The position numbers were made by a program, and so were the translations under genes. The notes beneath the pieces were generated by a model. The model did no database searches and was not told the origin of the DNA. It saw only the letters and a program-made list of their open reading frames with translations. A DNA stretch of 60,764 nucleotides, counting the filler, from Catajapyx aquilonaris (taxonomy: Eukaryota): the NCBI GenBank assembly GCA_000934665.2. It is 2 parts of 2 records of this genome, joined end to end, with 100 filler letters (N's around TTAATTAATTAA, not from the genome) between each part and the next. Parts side by side here need not be neighbours in the genome. Positions count along the whole stretch, not along the records: positions 1 to 30,310 come from JYFJ02004659.1; 1 more part is not named here. One strand, 5' to 3'. The first letter of the stretch is position 1. Every line of letters starts with the position of its first letter. This document shows positions 1-13,429 of the stretch, one piece after another.

Positions 1-2838
1 TTCAATCTGTACGAGTAGACAACATGACAAGAAACGATTCCACGCCCCAAGCAGACGCTTAATGTCTTTATTACCTGCGATTATTGAAACTTGATAAGGC
101 CTTCCATGATTGTAATCGCCATAAATAGGTCCATGTGATTCTGAAAGAAACAGAAAAACTGACTGAAATGATTCTCATAAGATGGCAGAGACCGTAAGGA
201 CGTCCTTTGCCTGGTGCCATCAAGAGTCGCGCTGGACTCAGCGGAGTTTCCCAGCTAATATGCTTCTGACTGATAGTGCATGTATTGGAAGCCACAAGAA
301 GACACAAAGATGGGACAGACGGAGGCAAACACAAAGAGAAAAATATAAGGCAGGAAAGACTGTCCCCTATCCCAAAAAGTACATTTCCAGCTTGGCCGAT
401 CTGCAACTGCTAGCGAAACTACAAGGAACGAAGTTTCCGCCGATGTACCTCTTTAGATTCCTCAATCAAAAATCATATTTCGGATAAGTCATACGTCCGT
501 GCAGAATGACATTTCTCATGTGAACCAATGATTTTTTTGAACTCCTCACTTTCTTTCTCTTCTAACATGATATAGTTCAATAATACGATAATTCCAGTAA
601 CAATTCAATCATTCATTGGCGCAATAAAATTGCACCCTTACATGCAGCAGAGCATGTACCAGCATTGCCAAAATTCAATCAATTATGTGTGCACTCAAAC
701 TGCAGCAGCATCTCTCTAGTGTGTCTATGCAGACGACTAATACTAGTCGTAGAAGTGGGCTTACACCGGCTTACACTTTCTAACACCTCGGTTCCACAGC
801 TATTCACATAGCAACATGACCATTTCATATTATCTTCTGCGTGATATTCAGAAAGTGGATGGCATTTAAAGATTATACCTAAACCACATCATTCTATAAA
901 ATACAAATGCAATACAGGGTATTCCACTGGGCATCACTTACTTTCCATGTCTATGACTGGATCGGCTTTTAAAAAAGTAGTTTGATTCAGAAAAATTGCA
1001 TACCACTACGGCCAATTCAGTTACGAGCACACAGAGTATCACACTGGCGTGCTTCATTATTTTTACATGATGTTCCCACATCGGGTGGTATTAATGTCCT
1101 AATCATATGAAAAATAGTGGCAACATTTTTGGAGAGCTTCAATAATATTTCCAATGGATATCTATGAAAAACTAGTAGATTCTAGACAGTATCTCTCAGC
1201 ACTAAATGCCATTACCACTGGTCATTCTACAAGGATTACATCAGTATTCAATGCCACTGTGATGACACACTTTTGCTCCTCACCCCAAAAGATGGCACCT
1301 GTTGGATACAATTACCATCAAGCTATCAGAAAGGCCCTCAGGAAGATTTAGCAGGGGTCTTTTACAGCAAAAAGGGCCTATGTGTTATCACACTATGAGT
1401 TGACCCGCTACCAACTGGGACAAAAGCTTGCATTAGCCATGATGAACGACGCATGTGGACAACTCCACACATGACCAATTATTATTTGGCAGCTTTGCCT
1501 CTGCATAAATGTAGATTTTTATTCAACTGAATTTTCTGGTCAATGGCATTGATCTCTGCTAATGCCTCTAGCGAGATCAGGATATACAGTACCGGGTACG
1601 TACCTCAACACTCATATTCTAAAATCTGCGAAGTGGACAGTATCTCTCAGTATTAGCTGCCATTGCCATCATTCTACAAAGATTACATCAGTATTCAATA
1701 CCACTGTGATGACACACTAATTTACTCCAAAGTAGGGAATAATGTGCAGGTGCTACAAACAATGCCACAATTATTATTGAATCATAATCCTACTATTGTC
1801 AATATTAACCGTTTCATTGCCTAAACTCATCTTTCAGTGAAGTCTCAAGCTCAATTTCCAGCCAATTTGTTGGACTTGATCACATCCAAATTACGTGGAT
1901 GACGTTGCTGTACTAAAAGACACAGACAGGCCTACAGAAACAGATAATCACCGTAAAATACTACGTAGAACTGCGCCCAAGTTTATCAATGTCAAACAAA
2001 TAAGCAAACTGCTAACTTGTTTCACTCATAACTACAACCAGGTAAAGTGAATGTGACCCCTGGTTATACTGATGAGAAGGAAGTACGGTATAGGATGTGC
2101 CTTGAATGTCTAGGAAGAGTATAACATACAGCACGGATAAACGTCCTCTTCCTGAGCTTATTCTGATAGACGAAGAGACAGTGAGACACTGAGAAAAGCA
2201 AGCCTCCCATCTCCATCATGGCAAGGTGGTTATACCTTGACAGAAGAGGAAATGTGTATCTTATCATTTTGATATTAATAATTAATTAAGACATATTTAT
2301 CTGTACAATGTAACGTTTCTTGAGCTAGATCAATGAACATTTCTAGATAAATACTCGACCAGTTTTGCTTTGTTTTTGAGCAACAAGAGTTAGGAATCTC
2401 CTTGACATATTGAATTATCCAGATGCCGAAGAATTTAGGACAGACCAACAAGCATCTGATAAGCTACTAACGCCGACCAAAAAGGTGAATCCAGCTGAAC
2501 AGAACAGCAACTACCACCCCATACAGGTTTTCAACTGTGCATAAATTATTTACTGAAGCACGACTTTGGTTCCCAATGGCCTGCTTTGAACCATGTATTT
2601 CATCACATACCTAGTTCTACTGTGATGAGATAGTGAAGAGCAAATGATTATAAATATTGCAAGAAACTGGTCACAAAAGAGTCACAAAGTGTTCAATGAC
2701 AATCTCTACTAATGGAACATCATATCTATCACCCAGGGGCCGGCCAGCACCAGGGGCCAGCACAGGGGCGGACACTGGAGCTCGGAGTTACAAATCAGTG
2801 AAATATATTGCAATACATCAAAGCACGTATTATACCGG

Positions 2839-2905
2839 CAGGGTGCCTCAGCTTTTTTGTCCGAACAGTTATCGGAAAAGCGGACCAAAAAGTTGAGACA
2901 CCCTG
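2839..2905. mobile_element. Internally deleted copy of Tc1/mariner-type MITE family M1 (CAGGGTGTCTCAACTTTTTTGTCCG TIR)
   Basis: Same TIR as the 43089 and 55005 copies. Confidence 0.75.
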
Positions 2906-5900
2906 TATATTTTTAAAAAATCACAGATGTTAAACATTTGAAATTAAGAACCTGGAGATTCAAACTGCACAGGGACAAATTCGGCATTACAAAGAGCACG
3001 TGCCTCCCTTCTTGTTGTTTGGTGTCAGATTACAAAAGCATCAAAGGCTCCGTCGCAGTACTATGCATATCAAATGGAATGATATCTTGCACTACTATGG
3101 TTCCAAGGATCATGGATGATTTTTAATGAGTCAAATACCGGCAGAGGGAGTTCCATACGAAAAAAAGTAGTGGTCTCACAGTCAATAGATATGCTCACTA
3201 AGAGGTTAGTTGGTTTGGTTTGGTTTATTCGGAAGAAGCCAAAGCAACTGTGGCTATCTGGCTGTAAGAAGAGGCAAAGGTGGGACAGATGGAGAGAGAA
3301 ACGAAGAGGAAAAAGAAGAAGGTTAAATAGTAACACAACAGCTCCTATTGATCAGAATTGGACTCCGAAGCCAAACAAGCTTAGACAAAAGAGATTGATA
3401 GTCAATTGACTGTTACTACGAACTTCATTCTCATCAAAAAGAAGCTACCTCCTTGGGCATCATCACAAATGAATGGGTTCTGAACTGAGGCTTTTCCCTC
3501 AGGGACCTTCAAAGTCTCGCATCTCACCTAGCGAACTTTGTCTGACACAACCCCACCCAAACCCTGGGATTGTGCCACTACTGCCGCTCTCATCTCTGAC
3601 GTCATTTCCGAAAGACAGAGGAAGCAAATTTTGTATATGGTGACAAAGTATGACAAAGGTAATACTGTACTGCAGTTTACGAAATGTGTCATATTTAGGG
3701 GCCAATATGGCCCAGAACGAGGTAAGATAAATAAAAAAATGTGTCATATAAATTGAGATTTAGTACCCGCAATTACATTACTGATTGTGAGTTACAACAG
3801 CTTACTTATCCCATAAATGCATGAAGTCTATCCTTGGTCACTGATAATTTCCTCAACATAATGAATGTTCCAACTATTTTTGCTGTAGTAAAAAAGTTCA
3901 GGCGCCTCCTAGAAAAGTACGAGGGCAAGTGTGGTTGAGTGACATGTCAGTTTGATTCAATAGGTACATCATAAAACACTTGACTGTATATGGACGCATC
4001 CTGGGATGTGCAGTTATAGCACCATGAAGATGACCAGGAGAAACTCGACTGATCACATTACACGACTGTACTTTCCACTGGCACACACAACTGGATGTGA
4101 TCTAATAACAATCCGACATTTGCAGGGGAATGTGAAGTGAAGCTCGGGTGGAATAATTCCAGGAGAACGTAACATGACTGGTACATCATAAGGCGAGTGA
4201 GTGTGACGGTTGAGGCGGAATGATTGAAAGAGCAAGGCAACATAACTTGTCACACAAAAAGCTTAAGCAAAAAAAAGTGAATTAATAAAAGGGTATGCTG
4301 AGGAGCCTCACAAGATCACCATTCTTATGGTCAAGAGTGTTTCGCATTATTTTTAGCTTCACACTTTTATTTAACATTTTATCATGTCCCTTCTAAATTG
4401 CCGTTTTACGCATCAAGAGCAACGGACATTAAATCAAAACTGTAAAATATTATCCAGAGGGCAAAGAAGTGCACCATATTGGAAGTCTAACCTTCCTCGG
4501 AATACACACTGCCAATGGCGACCACTCTGAGAAGCCATAAATCTAACGGGTCCTTCACTGGGTAAAACAGGAGGTAATCCCTGATATCCTCAGCCAGTGA
4601 CATCTGTCAGATGAAGAGGGATGACCAAGGAGGTGACAGCAGCAGGAAAGGCAACCAGCCTCTAAAATTACGCCGTGACAATGGCTGCTTTCTCAAAGTC
4701 CATGGACTGCGAGTAGAAGTTTATATAAAATATTAAGGGCCGTGATCTTTCCCCGCATTTGGACACTGTGCTCTGACCAGTCACAAGGAACTATCGGTAA
4801 ATATCCATTTGCCGACAAGTGCAAGGGTGATTACTATATTTTGACTTGGAATGGCAGTGGATATGTAACACTCTCACCCATCACTAATCACGGCAATCGA
4901 CAATAAATTTTCATCCTGTTCATTACAGATGACTGTCAGGTTTGGGTTTAGGTTTAGATTTATTGAGAAGAAGCGAAAGCAACTATGGCTATAACAAGAC
5001 AAGGTGGGACAGCTGGAGAGAGAAACGAAGAGGAAAAAGAAGAGAGGAGAGACTGGTATCTCTCTTAGTCTGTCTCTTTAAGTCCCTCCCTTACACAAGA
5101 GAACACTCAGCGAAGAAGACATCTTTTATGATTACGATAAATACCTAAGGCTTTTAAAAATGGAGATCCATCTCCTTGGCCCTTCCAAATTTCGAAATTA
5201 TTTTGGGACCAGCTTCGTACCCTGGAGTGATATTATTTTAACTCACCCAAAAAAATGAGAAAAATGCTCATGCGTAATAGCTGTCGTTACAATTATATAT
5301 ATTACACAATATTACACTCATTTGGTATCAGACGCCCAATAGTCCTACATGCAGAAAGACATGCGATACCATGCCATGTCTGCTTTTGCATGCAACGTGG
5401 CATAATTAGAAAGTTTGCAAAATGTAATAAGCTTAAGGGATAGGATAATCATACGAGAGGTAGCGAATACGCAGTATATGACTGTACATTATTCTCCATG
5501 CACCAATATTGTGAAACTTATTAGGTATGCATTTGTCACATCCAGTTGAAGCAAATACCTGTTTGTTAAGACATTGTGTATATTGTAATGAGGAGGAGAT
5601 ACTGTAGAAGCAAGGTAACACACAACAAGGCGAGAAAGTGGCAAAGAGATATACTAATGTTATTCTTAAAAGATTGTGCGGAATAAGCCAAAGAAACTAA
5701 GGTTACGTGGTTGTACCAAGGGGTAGGCAATGCCTCCTCGAAGTGTCTCCCAATAAATATTATTTGTCATTTCCGTAACGTAGAAATCGGATCCCTACAA
5801 GATAACGTACCATTTTGACACCATTCAATTAATATTATTGCCAGATGGTGCTTTGGACAACTTGCATGTAACATTGCAAGTACAAAGTAATATTAAAATA

Positions 5901-6275
5901 TGAGAGCCAATGCACCGATCAGATATCAAAAAAGGGATGTTACTGAATATGACAGCCGTCAGGTAAACAAAATCTAACGGTAGAACGGCGGAGACATCTG
6001 TCAAACATGACTTTGAAGAGGTCGGTGACAGAAAGCTACCACACATGAACAAAATATGACGACACTTGTTAAATATTAAATTCAGTTGACCTCTGTCTTA
6101 CCAACCAATGGCCATTTCCATCCTCCATCTTCACATATACGGTACCAAGAGCTAATAACGCTCTTGACGGTACCTATTGCTAAGCATCAAAGGCGTGCCC
6201 TCTTGTGAGACACTTATCTTACAAGAGAAAAGTTTTAAACCAATACAGTGACATATGACCTCCTTTAGAGGAAGA

Positions 6276-6377
6276 CAAATCTAAGAAGTGAAGCAGAAGC
6301 TGCTGATATTACCAACAAAGTCACTGCGCCGTTTGTCACAAGAAACTGGATATTCTGCTTCCACTTGCCAAAGAGCC
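6276..6377 (+). mobile_element. Mariner-like (rosa/DD41D-type) transposase HTH fragment
   Basis: Reads QI*EVKQKLLILPTKSLRRLSQETGYSASTCQRA, matching the SPxKSLRRLSQExGxS motif. Confidence 0.65.
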
Positions 6378-6959
6378 CCGAATTGGAATATTTCTGAAGA
6401 CTAGTATTTTTAAACCAAACATCATGTTCGCTAGGGTGAGTGGGAAGAAAAATACAGCTAGTTCTTTGGGGGACATCCTGTTGAAAAACTGCAATACACA
6501 AAATGACATTTATGCCATATCTTCGGACGATGTTACTTGCTACTATGTATTACGACTGAAGGTTTCGCATAAACCCAAGAAATCACAGACCAAGACCATG
6601 ACCATGAAATTGGCAGAAAAGTAGTAAATCCTGCCATTCACAAAGAAGAAAATCCAAACAAATGTACCGCCATCCTTCCTTTTTATGGTATGACATGCAA
6701 CCAGAAATCCAGAGAGTCATTGTACATTTATACGAGCATAAAGGCAATATTACGGCAAGGGAATTAATAGAGGTGACGAAATAATATACGATCAAGAGTG
6801 GCAAACATCCTCGCCCACCACCAATACTAATGCTGCAGTCCAAGAATGTCAAATCGGAGGATAACCACCTCGCTAGGTTTTTGATCGAGACGTTCATGCA
6901 AATGGAGAGCCTCTGTGTAACACTCATAAATAGACTGATACCCTGGATTCTATGCACGC

Positions 6960-7085
6960 TATGTATCTCTCTTAGTCTGTCTCCTACTCCAAAGACCTGT
7001 CCGGCTTGGGTGGCCCTGCCAGTAGACGAAGATACCGCCGGCATAGCTCTTGGGGTCGTGTGAGGAACGTGCCACAGCATAGCAG
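6960..7085 (-). mobile_element. RTE-clade LINE 5'-UTR fragment
   Basis: The reverse strand contains GACCCCAAGAGCTATGCCGGCGG...AGGGCCACCCAAGCCGGACAGGTC, resembling the conserved RTE/BovB-like 5' region. Confidence 0.5.
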
Positions 7086-9980
7086 GACATCAACTTCTGC
7101 CGCTATTTGTGGACCTAATTTATTAAGTAGTCGATGCAACCAGGCAGGATATGATCTGCAAGACTGAGACACCTGCCATCGCAATCACGGCACAACAATA
7201 AGACTAATAGGATTGGGCAATATCTGACAGGAATTGCCTGCGGAAATGACAAATAATAGCCGTCGCGACGGCTCCATAACAAGTAGGTGGAGTGGCTGCA
7301 GATGCAAACATCAGTAAAGACTATCCAACCCTTCGCCGGTGGATTTTTGACTATCCCAATATTAGTCACAACATATTTGTATTAAACTGAATATCCTGAA
7401 GCCCTTCCTTTGACCAGAAAGCTGAGACAATCGCAGAAATAAGGTACACCTACCAATTTCTATACCAACTTAAGGGGAAAAATACAGATTTTGGGTTCTA
7501 CACGTAACACCCCAAAAGAAAAACAAGATTGTTACAGACTATAAGGCCGTCAATTGGCAAGAGACAGATTTCAGTGCCGAATTTCTGACACCCACACTAA
7601 CTCTTTAAATGCATCGGTATATGATTAGAAGAAACATTCACAAGAAGAAAAAGACATCTTCAATTACTAATAGTAACCTTCAAACTGTTTCCCCATTTTA
7701 AATTAAACGTGTAAAGAATTTCGAAACGAAACTCTGCTCTTAATGGAATTGGCACTTTTCACCCCATATTACACTGTGGCTGTGCAGCACTTGACAGTCT
7801 AATATTATTTCTTGAGAACCAACTCACCACTGACCTATTCACCTCACTACAGGTTCTTAAATAAAGATAGGAAGTGCTTCCNGGGGGGGGGCACAAAGTG
7901 GTGGATTTAACTTGTGTACAAGGTTATCGCTGCCCATGGCATTTACCATGAAATCCCGACTGATAAAGGCAAAAATTTTAATATAAAATTAAGGAATTAT
8001 AGTTACAACTTGATATGTGTAAAAAGTTTCAACCTTCCATCCTATTCCATAAAAAAAACTTCACCCAACGCCGTTTCATCTCTTTAGTCCTCTTATCGTA
8101 CATCATGCTTTCCTAAAAACACGACATGCTAGAAATCTCCGACCTAGGTCGGTGATCTAGTATTATCATAATATATTATTAACACACCTCCAAAGCCAAG
8201 AAGGTCTCAGTAGGAAGTTCTACAAACCTTGGGATGTTCTTCCTTGCCGTGGGTTAACAAAAGAAGTCCTGTCGTTTTTGAGGCTCAAAAGCCAGACTGT
8301 TGTATGCCCTTCAAAAATGGATCCCCGTAAGCAAATATATCCCGCCGTACCTTTCCCCAACATCAAAAACCCCCTTACTTCCAACTCCTTCACACAATAA
8401 TTCAAGTCCAGGTTGTCCCAACACTTGTGCTTACAAACTTCTTCATAAGACCTATCCATCAGGCTCACTATGTTAAGTTACCACTTACAAGCATTATTGA
8501 TATTACATACACGGCTCCTTAAACAGCTTATGGACATGATAGTTCTCTGTAATATTTATTCCACATCAGAAATAAAAGTAAGCATTCCATCAGTTACTAT
8601 GTGACAACCTCATTATTGTCGCACAGTTCCTTCATTCGACCTGAAGGATCTCGTCGAAGCCGAACACGACGACGCATAAGTCACGGTTGAAAAATGTGGA
8701 GAAATAGAGCAACAGTGTAACAATGGCATGGAATCAACACATTCTTCACACATTCTTCACAAAGCACAGATTGCTGAAACACAATTGAACAGTGGAAATC
8801 AAAACCGCTTCCAATATTTGCGAATCCCCACCTTTTTGGACGAAGCCTATAATAACGAAAATACGGAGCCGTGATATTGGTATCCACGGGAAGATTTGGC
8901 GAAACTGTTGACCTACCAAGTGGTCCGACCCCCGCGACTCTGTAAGTAATGTTTATAATCGGCACAAAATGCAAGAAGCTGAGGGTATTGTTTTCATTTA
9001 AGGGCACAGACTCAAAAATGCAAAAATGACACATCATGTTACTCAAGAATAACTGAAAGAGGGCAAATCTTTCGGAAAACATTAGGATATCAAACATTGA
9101 CTTACATTATATCGTTCCCATCTGGGTTCTGCACAGTTCAAGACGACAGACAAATATGGTGTGAATAAGGCTGTAACTGCTGCAGCCATAGCCGGCCAAG
9201 TGTTGTAAAAGTAAAAAGCAGTTCACTCTGTACAACAGCCGTTTGGTTCAGAAAATTGTTCACCACTACGGCCAATAATCCTGTTAGAGGACACCGCGTA
9301 TCACAATGACGTGTTAATTTTCACATGATGTCACCATATACCACAGTAATTAATAATGATGTAAGATGGAGACGACCCAGTAAAATATATGCATAAATGT
9401 ACAAAATAATTACCAACGCTGACATTCACATTATGTATACTTTTGTGTCCAGCCATTTCCTCATCATCAAACGCGAAGCAAATTCTTGACGACTGTCCAA
9501 GGAAGGAACTATAACACTGACACCAGTCCTCTTGCTACAGAATTAGTCATTGTATCGTGCCAAGCCGTCCTTTCCCTCTCATCCTTTGGCATTTTACACT
9601 TTTCCGTCTCTGTAGCTTTTATGTGTTTGCCGACAATAAAAAAAGGGGCCAGAGACGCAATTGGCAGTAGCTTCGTTCTTATCAAGAGCGGCGGCAATGG
9701 AAAAAAGTGGCAAGCCTTAGAAGACTGACTCCCGCGACTCGAATCCCCACCATCAGCTGAGTCTGATTGGCAACCCAATAACCGAATCATGCTCCTAAAA
9801 CACAGCAAAACAACTTCTACGAGTCATAATGTACTTATTGAGGACGAATCATTGAGAGAGTAAAGAGCATAATTATAATCACAAATGCTGCCAATAATAA
9901 GACACTGTGAAGTCACAAAGTGTTCCATAACTATTAAGTGGAACTCAGGCCCTTCACTTGTCTCTCTTAGGACTGTCAGC

Positions 9981-10031
9981 ACACAGGGGCGGACACAGGG
10001 GCGGACACAGGGGCGGACACAGGGGCGGACA
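9981..10031. repeat. 12-bp tandem repeat (ACACAGGGGCGG) x4
   Basis: Directly visible. A related array with matching flanks is at about 2680-2784. Confidence 0.9.
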
Positions 10032-10576
10032 CCGGAGCTCGCAGCCTTCCCTTCCATCCCATGCAAAACTAGGGCAATAAATGAGGGGGAAGCAGAGGAA
10101 AAGTGGGGGGCAGGCCTGGAAATACGATGACGTCACTGGCAGAATGGCACTGGAAAACACACAAGCCTTATTTCCAAGCCTGAATCAAGCTACATCCGGG
10201 GTTTTTCCAATGTGGCGAGGAGCCTAAACGCTATTTTAGTAGCAGCGATAATTGCCGCTTCCATTATATTGGAGCAGTCACCGCTGTCACTGCTACTTTA
10301 AAATCTCACCACTTTTCCCACCCTTAGCAACTTCACGGACTGCCCTACGATTTGATGGTGGCATCAGCCCTGGGCGCCGCCGAGGTAGGGGCCAATGCGG
10401 CGGCACAGGCGGCGGGCCTGGGACTGGAGTTCCAAGGATTGATCAAATTAGCAGCCAAGACAGCAGTCAAGGCGGGCATAGATGCGCTAGTGGAGGCCAT
10501 GGGCCCCCAGGCAGTAGCTGGAGGCCTCACTAAACTCGCTTTGGAAGTTTACGTCATTTCTCAACTTTCCACCAAA

Positions 10577-11350
10577 GGTCCAAGCTTTGTAATATATTTT
10601 TGCTGAGAGTTGGAAATTCAGCAGACCTGAAAAGCTATGAGGCTAAGAAAGAGTTGCTTGAAGATGCTGTGGACACAGTTAATGAGTTGACTACCCAGGG
10701 AATAGTTTTTGAAAATCGTGATGGACTGGTGAAAGACTGATTTTACGGCTACGTGGCTTGTTACGCAGGTGATGCTTTGGCGTGCAACAATATAGCGGGT
10801 TTCAAAGAGTCATTTGGTCCCAATGTGCGAATGGGATGCCGTACATGCTGCAACACGAAGACAGTTGACTTTCCCAAGTGCCAGCACCATGCACATTGTA
10901 TTTTGAGAACCGACGAGGATATCAGAAGCCAACATAATGAAATGTGTGACCCACACCGCAGTGTTATAGAAAGGGAGGAATTGGCAATCCAGTATGGCAT
11001 AAATGGCAAGTCGGTGGTAAACATGTTTCCACATTTTTCTTTAACTCTGGATGTGCTTTATGATCCCATGCATGTGCTTCTGGAAGGGCTTGTTTCCCGG
11101 GGAATTACTCGACTGTTGAAAGTGGTAGTGTATGAAAAAGGATGGATTCGTAAAAAGGGGCTCAATGAGGTTGCGCAATTTTAAGTTCCACAGGTCTGTG
11201 AAAGTCACTGATTATTATCCACGTTTATTTGAACCTGATGTGCAGGTAGTGGCTTCTGCTAATGCTTGCTTTGTGTTAATGTTGCATTTAATGTTTGTGC
11301 TCCAGCATTACATCCCCACCAAGAATGATCCTCAAGGCCACTGCTTTGTC
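10577..11350 (+). mobile_element. Decayed CACTA/EnSpm (CMC) transposase fragment
   Basis: Reads RSKLCNIFLL...GD(ALA)..IAGFKESF...CRTC...YDPMHVLLEG, matching animal EnSpm transposase motifs. In-frame stop at 10738-10740 and a frameshift near 11170. Confidence 0.85.
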
Positions 11351-11604
11351 ACATCTTTGTCATTGGTCACATCTACCACCTTCCCGCCGCCCTCTTTGTG
11401 GTACGGTATTATAATACCACAAGACAATTCTGGGTTTTTAATCGTACATTTAAATATTTTAACACGGCATTAGGGGCAAAACTTTGCGCCATAATTATGC
11501 AAACAGGCTATTATTATTATTATTTTTTTTTTTTGCTACTGCGCTATGCTGAGTTACATTTACCATTGCGTTTCCTATATTATCGTTGAACGCTGATTTA
11601 ATGT

Positions 11605-12582
11605 CATTGTTTGCTCACACAGCATGCCATATTCTGCAGAAGCTGATCGTCGCATTTCACCTGCAAGGATTTAGCCCTGAAGCAATATCCCAGCAACCAG
11701 GGATATCTCTCTCGCTTAGGTCCATCCCTTCACTGCTGGAGGCCGGATGGAACACGGTATGTGTCAATAAGGGCAAGAAATGCGCCGGCCACTTTAGCGC
11801 CGCATGTTTAAAAAAATATATAATTATTGCTGAGCAGGGGCTCCGAAAATTATTTAAAAATGGGTTGGTTAGGAAGTAGTCGTCGAGTACCGTAACCTCA
11901 TTAAGGATGTTGACCCTAATTCCGGACGGTGGTCGGACAAAGTGCACTCGGTTCGCTGTCTTATGAAATGAAATTTCTTCAGGCCTTATGTCTCTCTTTA
12001 GCTGCAAGCTCATCATATGGTCGTCCGCGTCGTGCTCACGTTGCGTTGGGACGTAACTTACGGTCTTCTTATTGTTACAGCTATGCAGAGAAGCACATCC
12101 TGGAGGCTGGCCGAAGCGGCCACGTCACGGCCGGTTTCTGGGGGGTCATCCGGGGGCATGAGGCGGTAGTTCTCACCTCTACCCCTCGGCATATGAACGC
12201 CGAGGGGTATGTGAACCTACTGGAGGACGATCTTCTACCAGAGTTGGAGGCCCGGTACCCCGAGGAGCAGGGAATCACATTTGTCCAGGACAACGCTGGG
12301 ATCCACCGGGCGAGGTACACCAGTGCCTTCCTGGAGGATCTTTCTCGGCTGCAGTGGCCGGCCTACTCCCCTGACCTCAACCCCATCGAAAATGTATGGG
12401 GTATGATGGTCAGGGAGTGGGACAACAGGAGTGAACGGCGGGACGATCTTCTCCGGGCTCACTGCAGCCAGGTGTGGGAGTCAGTGGCTAACCGCCCGTG
12501 GATCCTGGGCAGCATAGTGTCAAGCATGCCTCAAAGGCTGGCCGATGTCATCAAACGCAGAGGAGGCCACACCAAATATTGA
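11605..12582 (+). mobile_element. Tc1-like transposase pseudogene: internally deleted, with a spliceosomal intron at 11757-12080
   Basis: ATG at 11624 with an HTH start (frameshifted). Then LHCWRPDGTR|YAEKHI across a GTATGT...TTACAG intron. C-terminal exon carries FVQDNAGIH, WPAYSPDLNPIENVWG and GGHTKY*. Confidence 0.92.
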
Positions 12583-12676
12583 CAGTGCCTTGTTCTTGTT
12601 CGTTCATGTTCCGAGTCAAGTTCCCAGTGTTGTTTGCGTTTTCGTTGATTACCAATATGGATTATTTGTTTCCAAA

Positions 12677-12857
12677 TCTCTCTTAACTTTATTGTTAAGA
12701 AAGCATGATTGTGGTTTACTTTATACTATATGCTTTACACTTTAATACTTCTCTTGACTTTATTGTTACGCAAGTGTGATTGTGGTTTACCTTATACCTT
12801 TATACAAACTATACTTTAATACTTCTCTGACTTTATTGTTACGAAAGTATGATAGTG
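12677..12857. repeat. Tandem repeat of a ~70-bp unit (about 2.5 copies) 3' of the Tc1 ORF
   Basis: Repeated CTCT(T)(G/A)ACTTTATTGTTA...TGATTGTGGTTTAC...TTTAATACTT blocks. Confidence 0.75.
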
Positions 12858-13429
12858 CGTTTATCAAAGCTGAACCACCTGTTATTTTGCCATTGTCGTA
12901 TTTTTATATTGAAATACAATTATGTGAGTTTTCGTGGATTACATTTTTTGTTGTTTATTATTATAGTTCATTATTTTACAATGGAAATCTTGACGCGGCC
13001 CGACGGCGACGACGCATCAGCGTTTGTATAGATTAATACCACTGTGCCAGTGTGCAGCATTTAGTGCTGACCGCTTGTTTTAGTCCATATAGTGTCTTGA
13101 ACCTGCTGGATGTGCGCGAAAAAACATTGCATCAATTAATAATTGCAAAAGTGCGAAAGACGATATGCAAATAAATTCTACAGATGAACAAGGGACCCGG
13201 AATCCGCCAGAAAATGCCCCCTCCTTGCGCACCCGGCAGTATTTATTCCCCCTCTCTATATCACGCTTTTTTTTTATAAGCCTACATACGGTCTAATTTT
13301 TCAAGCCGCGATGATCGTACGATTCGTACCTGTTCCCGACCGTACAAGAACAAAAAAAAAAAATCAACGGCCCGACATGTTAGAACGGGTCCCCTTTCCT
13401 GTTGCAATTAGAGACAACTGGCATAGTGT

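Noticed and set aside
380..1350. Faint LINE ORF2-like phrases on + (YLFRFLNQK at about 445; LDT.YHQAIRKAL at about 1300; LTFLGIH at about 4490; 19520-19660)
   Set aside because: Too short and degraded to call without a profile search. Not counted in the strand tally, although they would agree with it.
2069..2110. Hammerhead-like CTGATGA core (similar cores at about 27540 and 46161)
   Set aside because: No complete GAAA core with compatible helices I-III.
8220..8468. Minus-strand 82-aa ORF, possibly a LINE remnant
   Set aside because: No diagnostic motif.
12677..12857. CRISPR-like or other prokaryotic array
   Set aside because: Simple tandem units without unique spacers, no cas genes, and a eukaryotic context.
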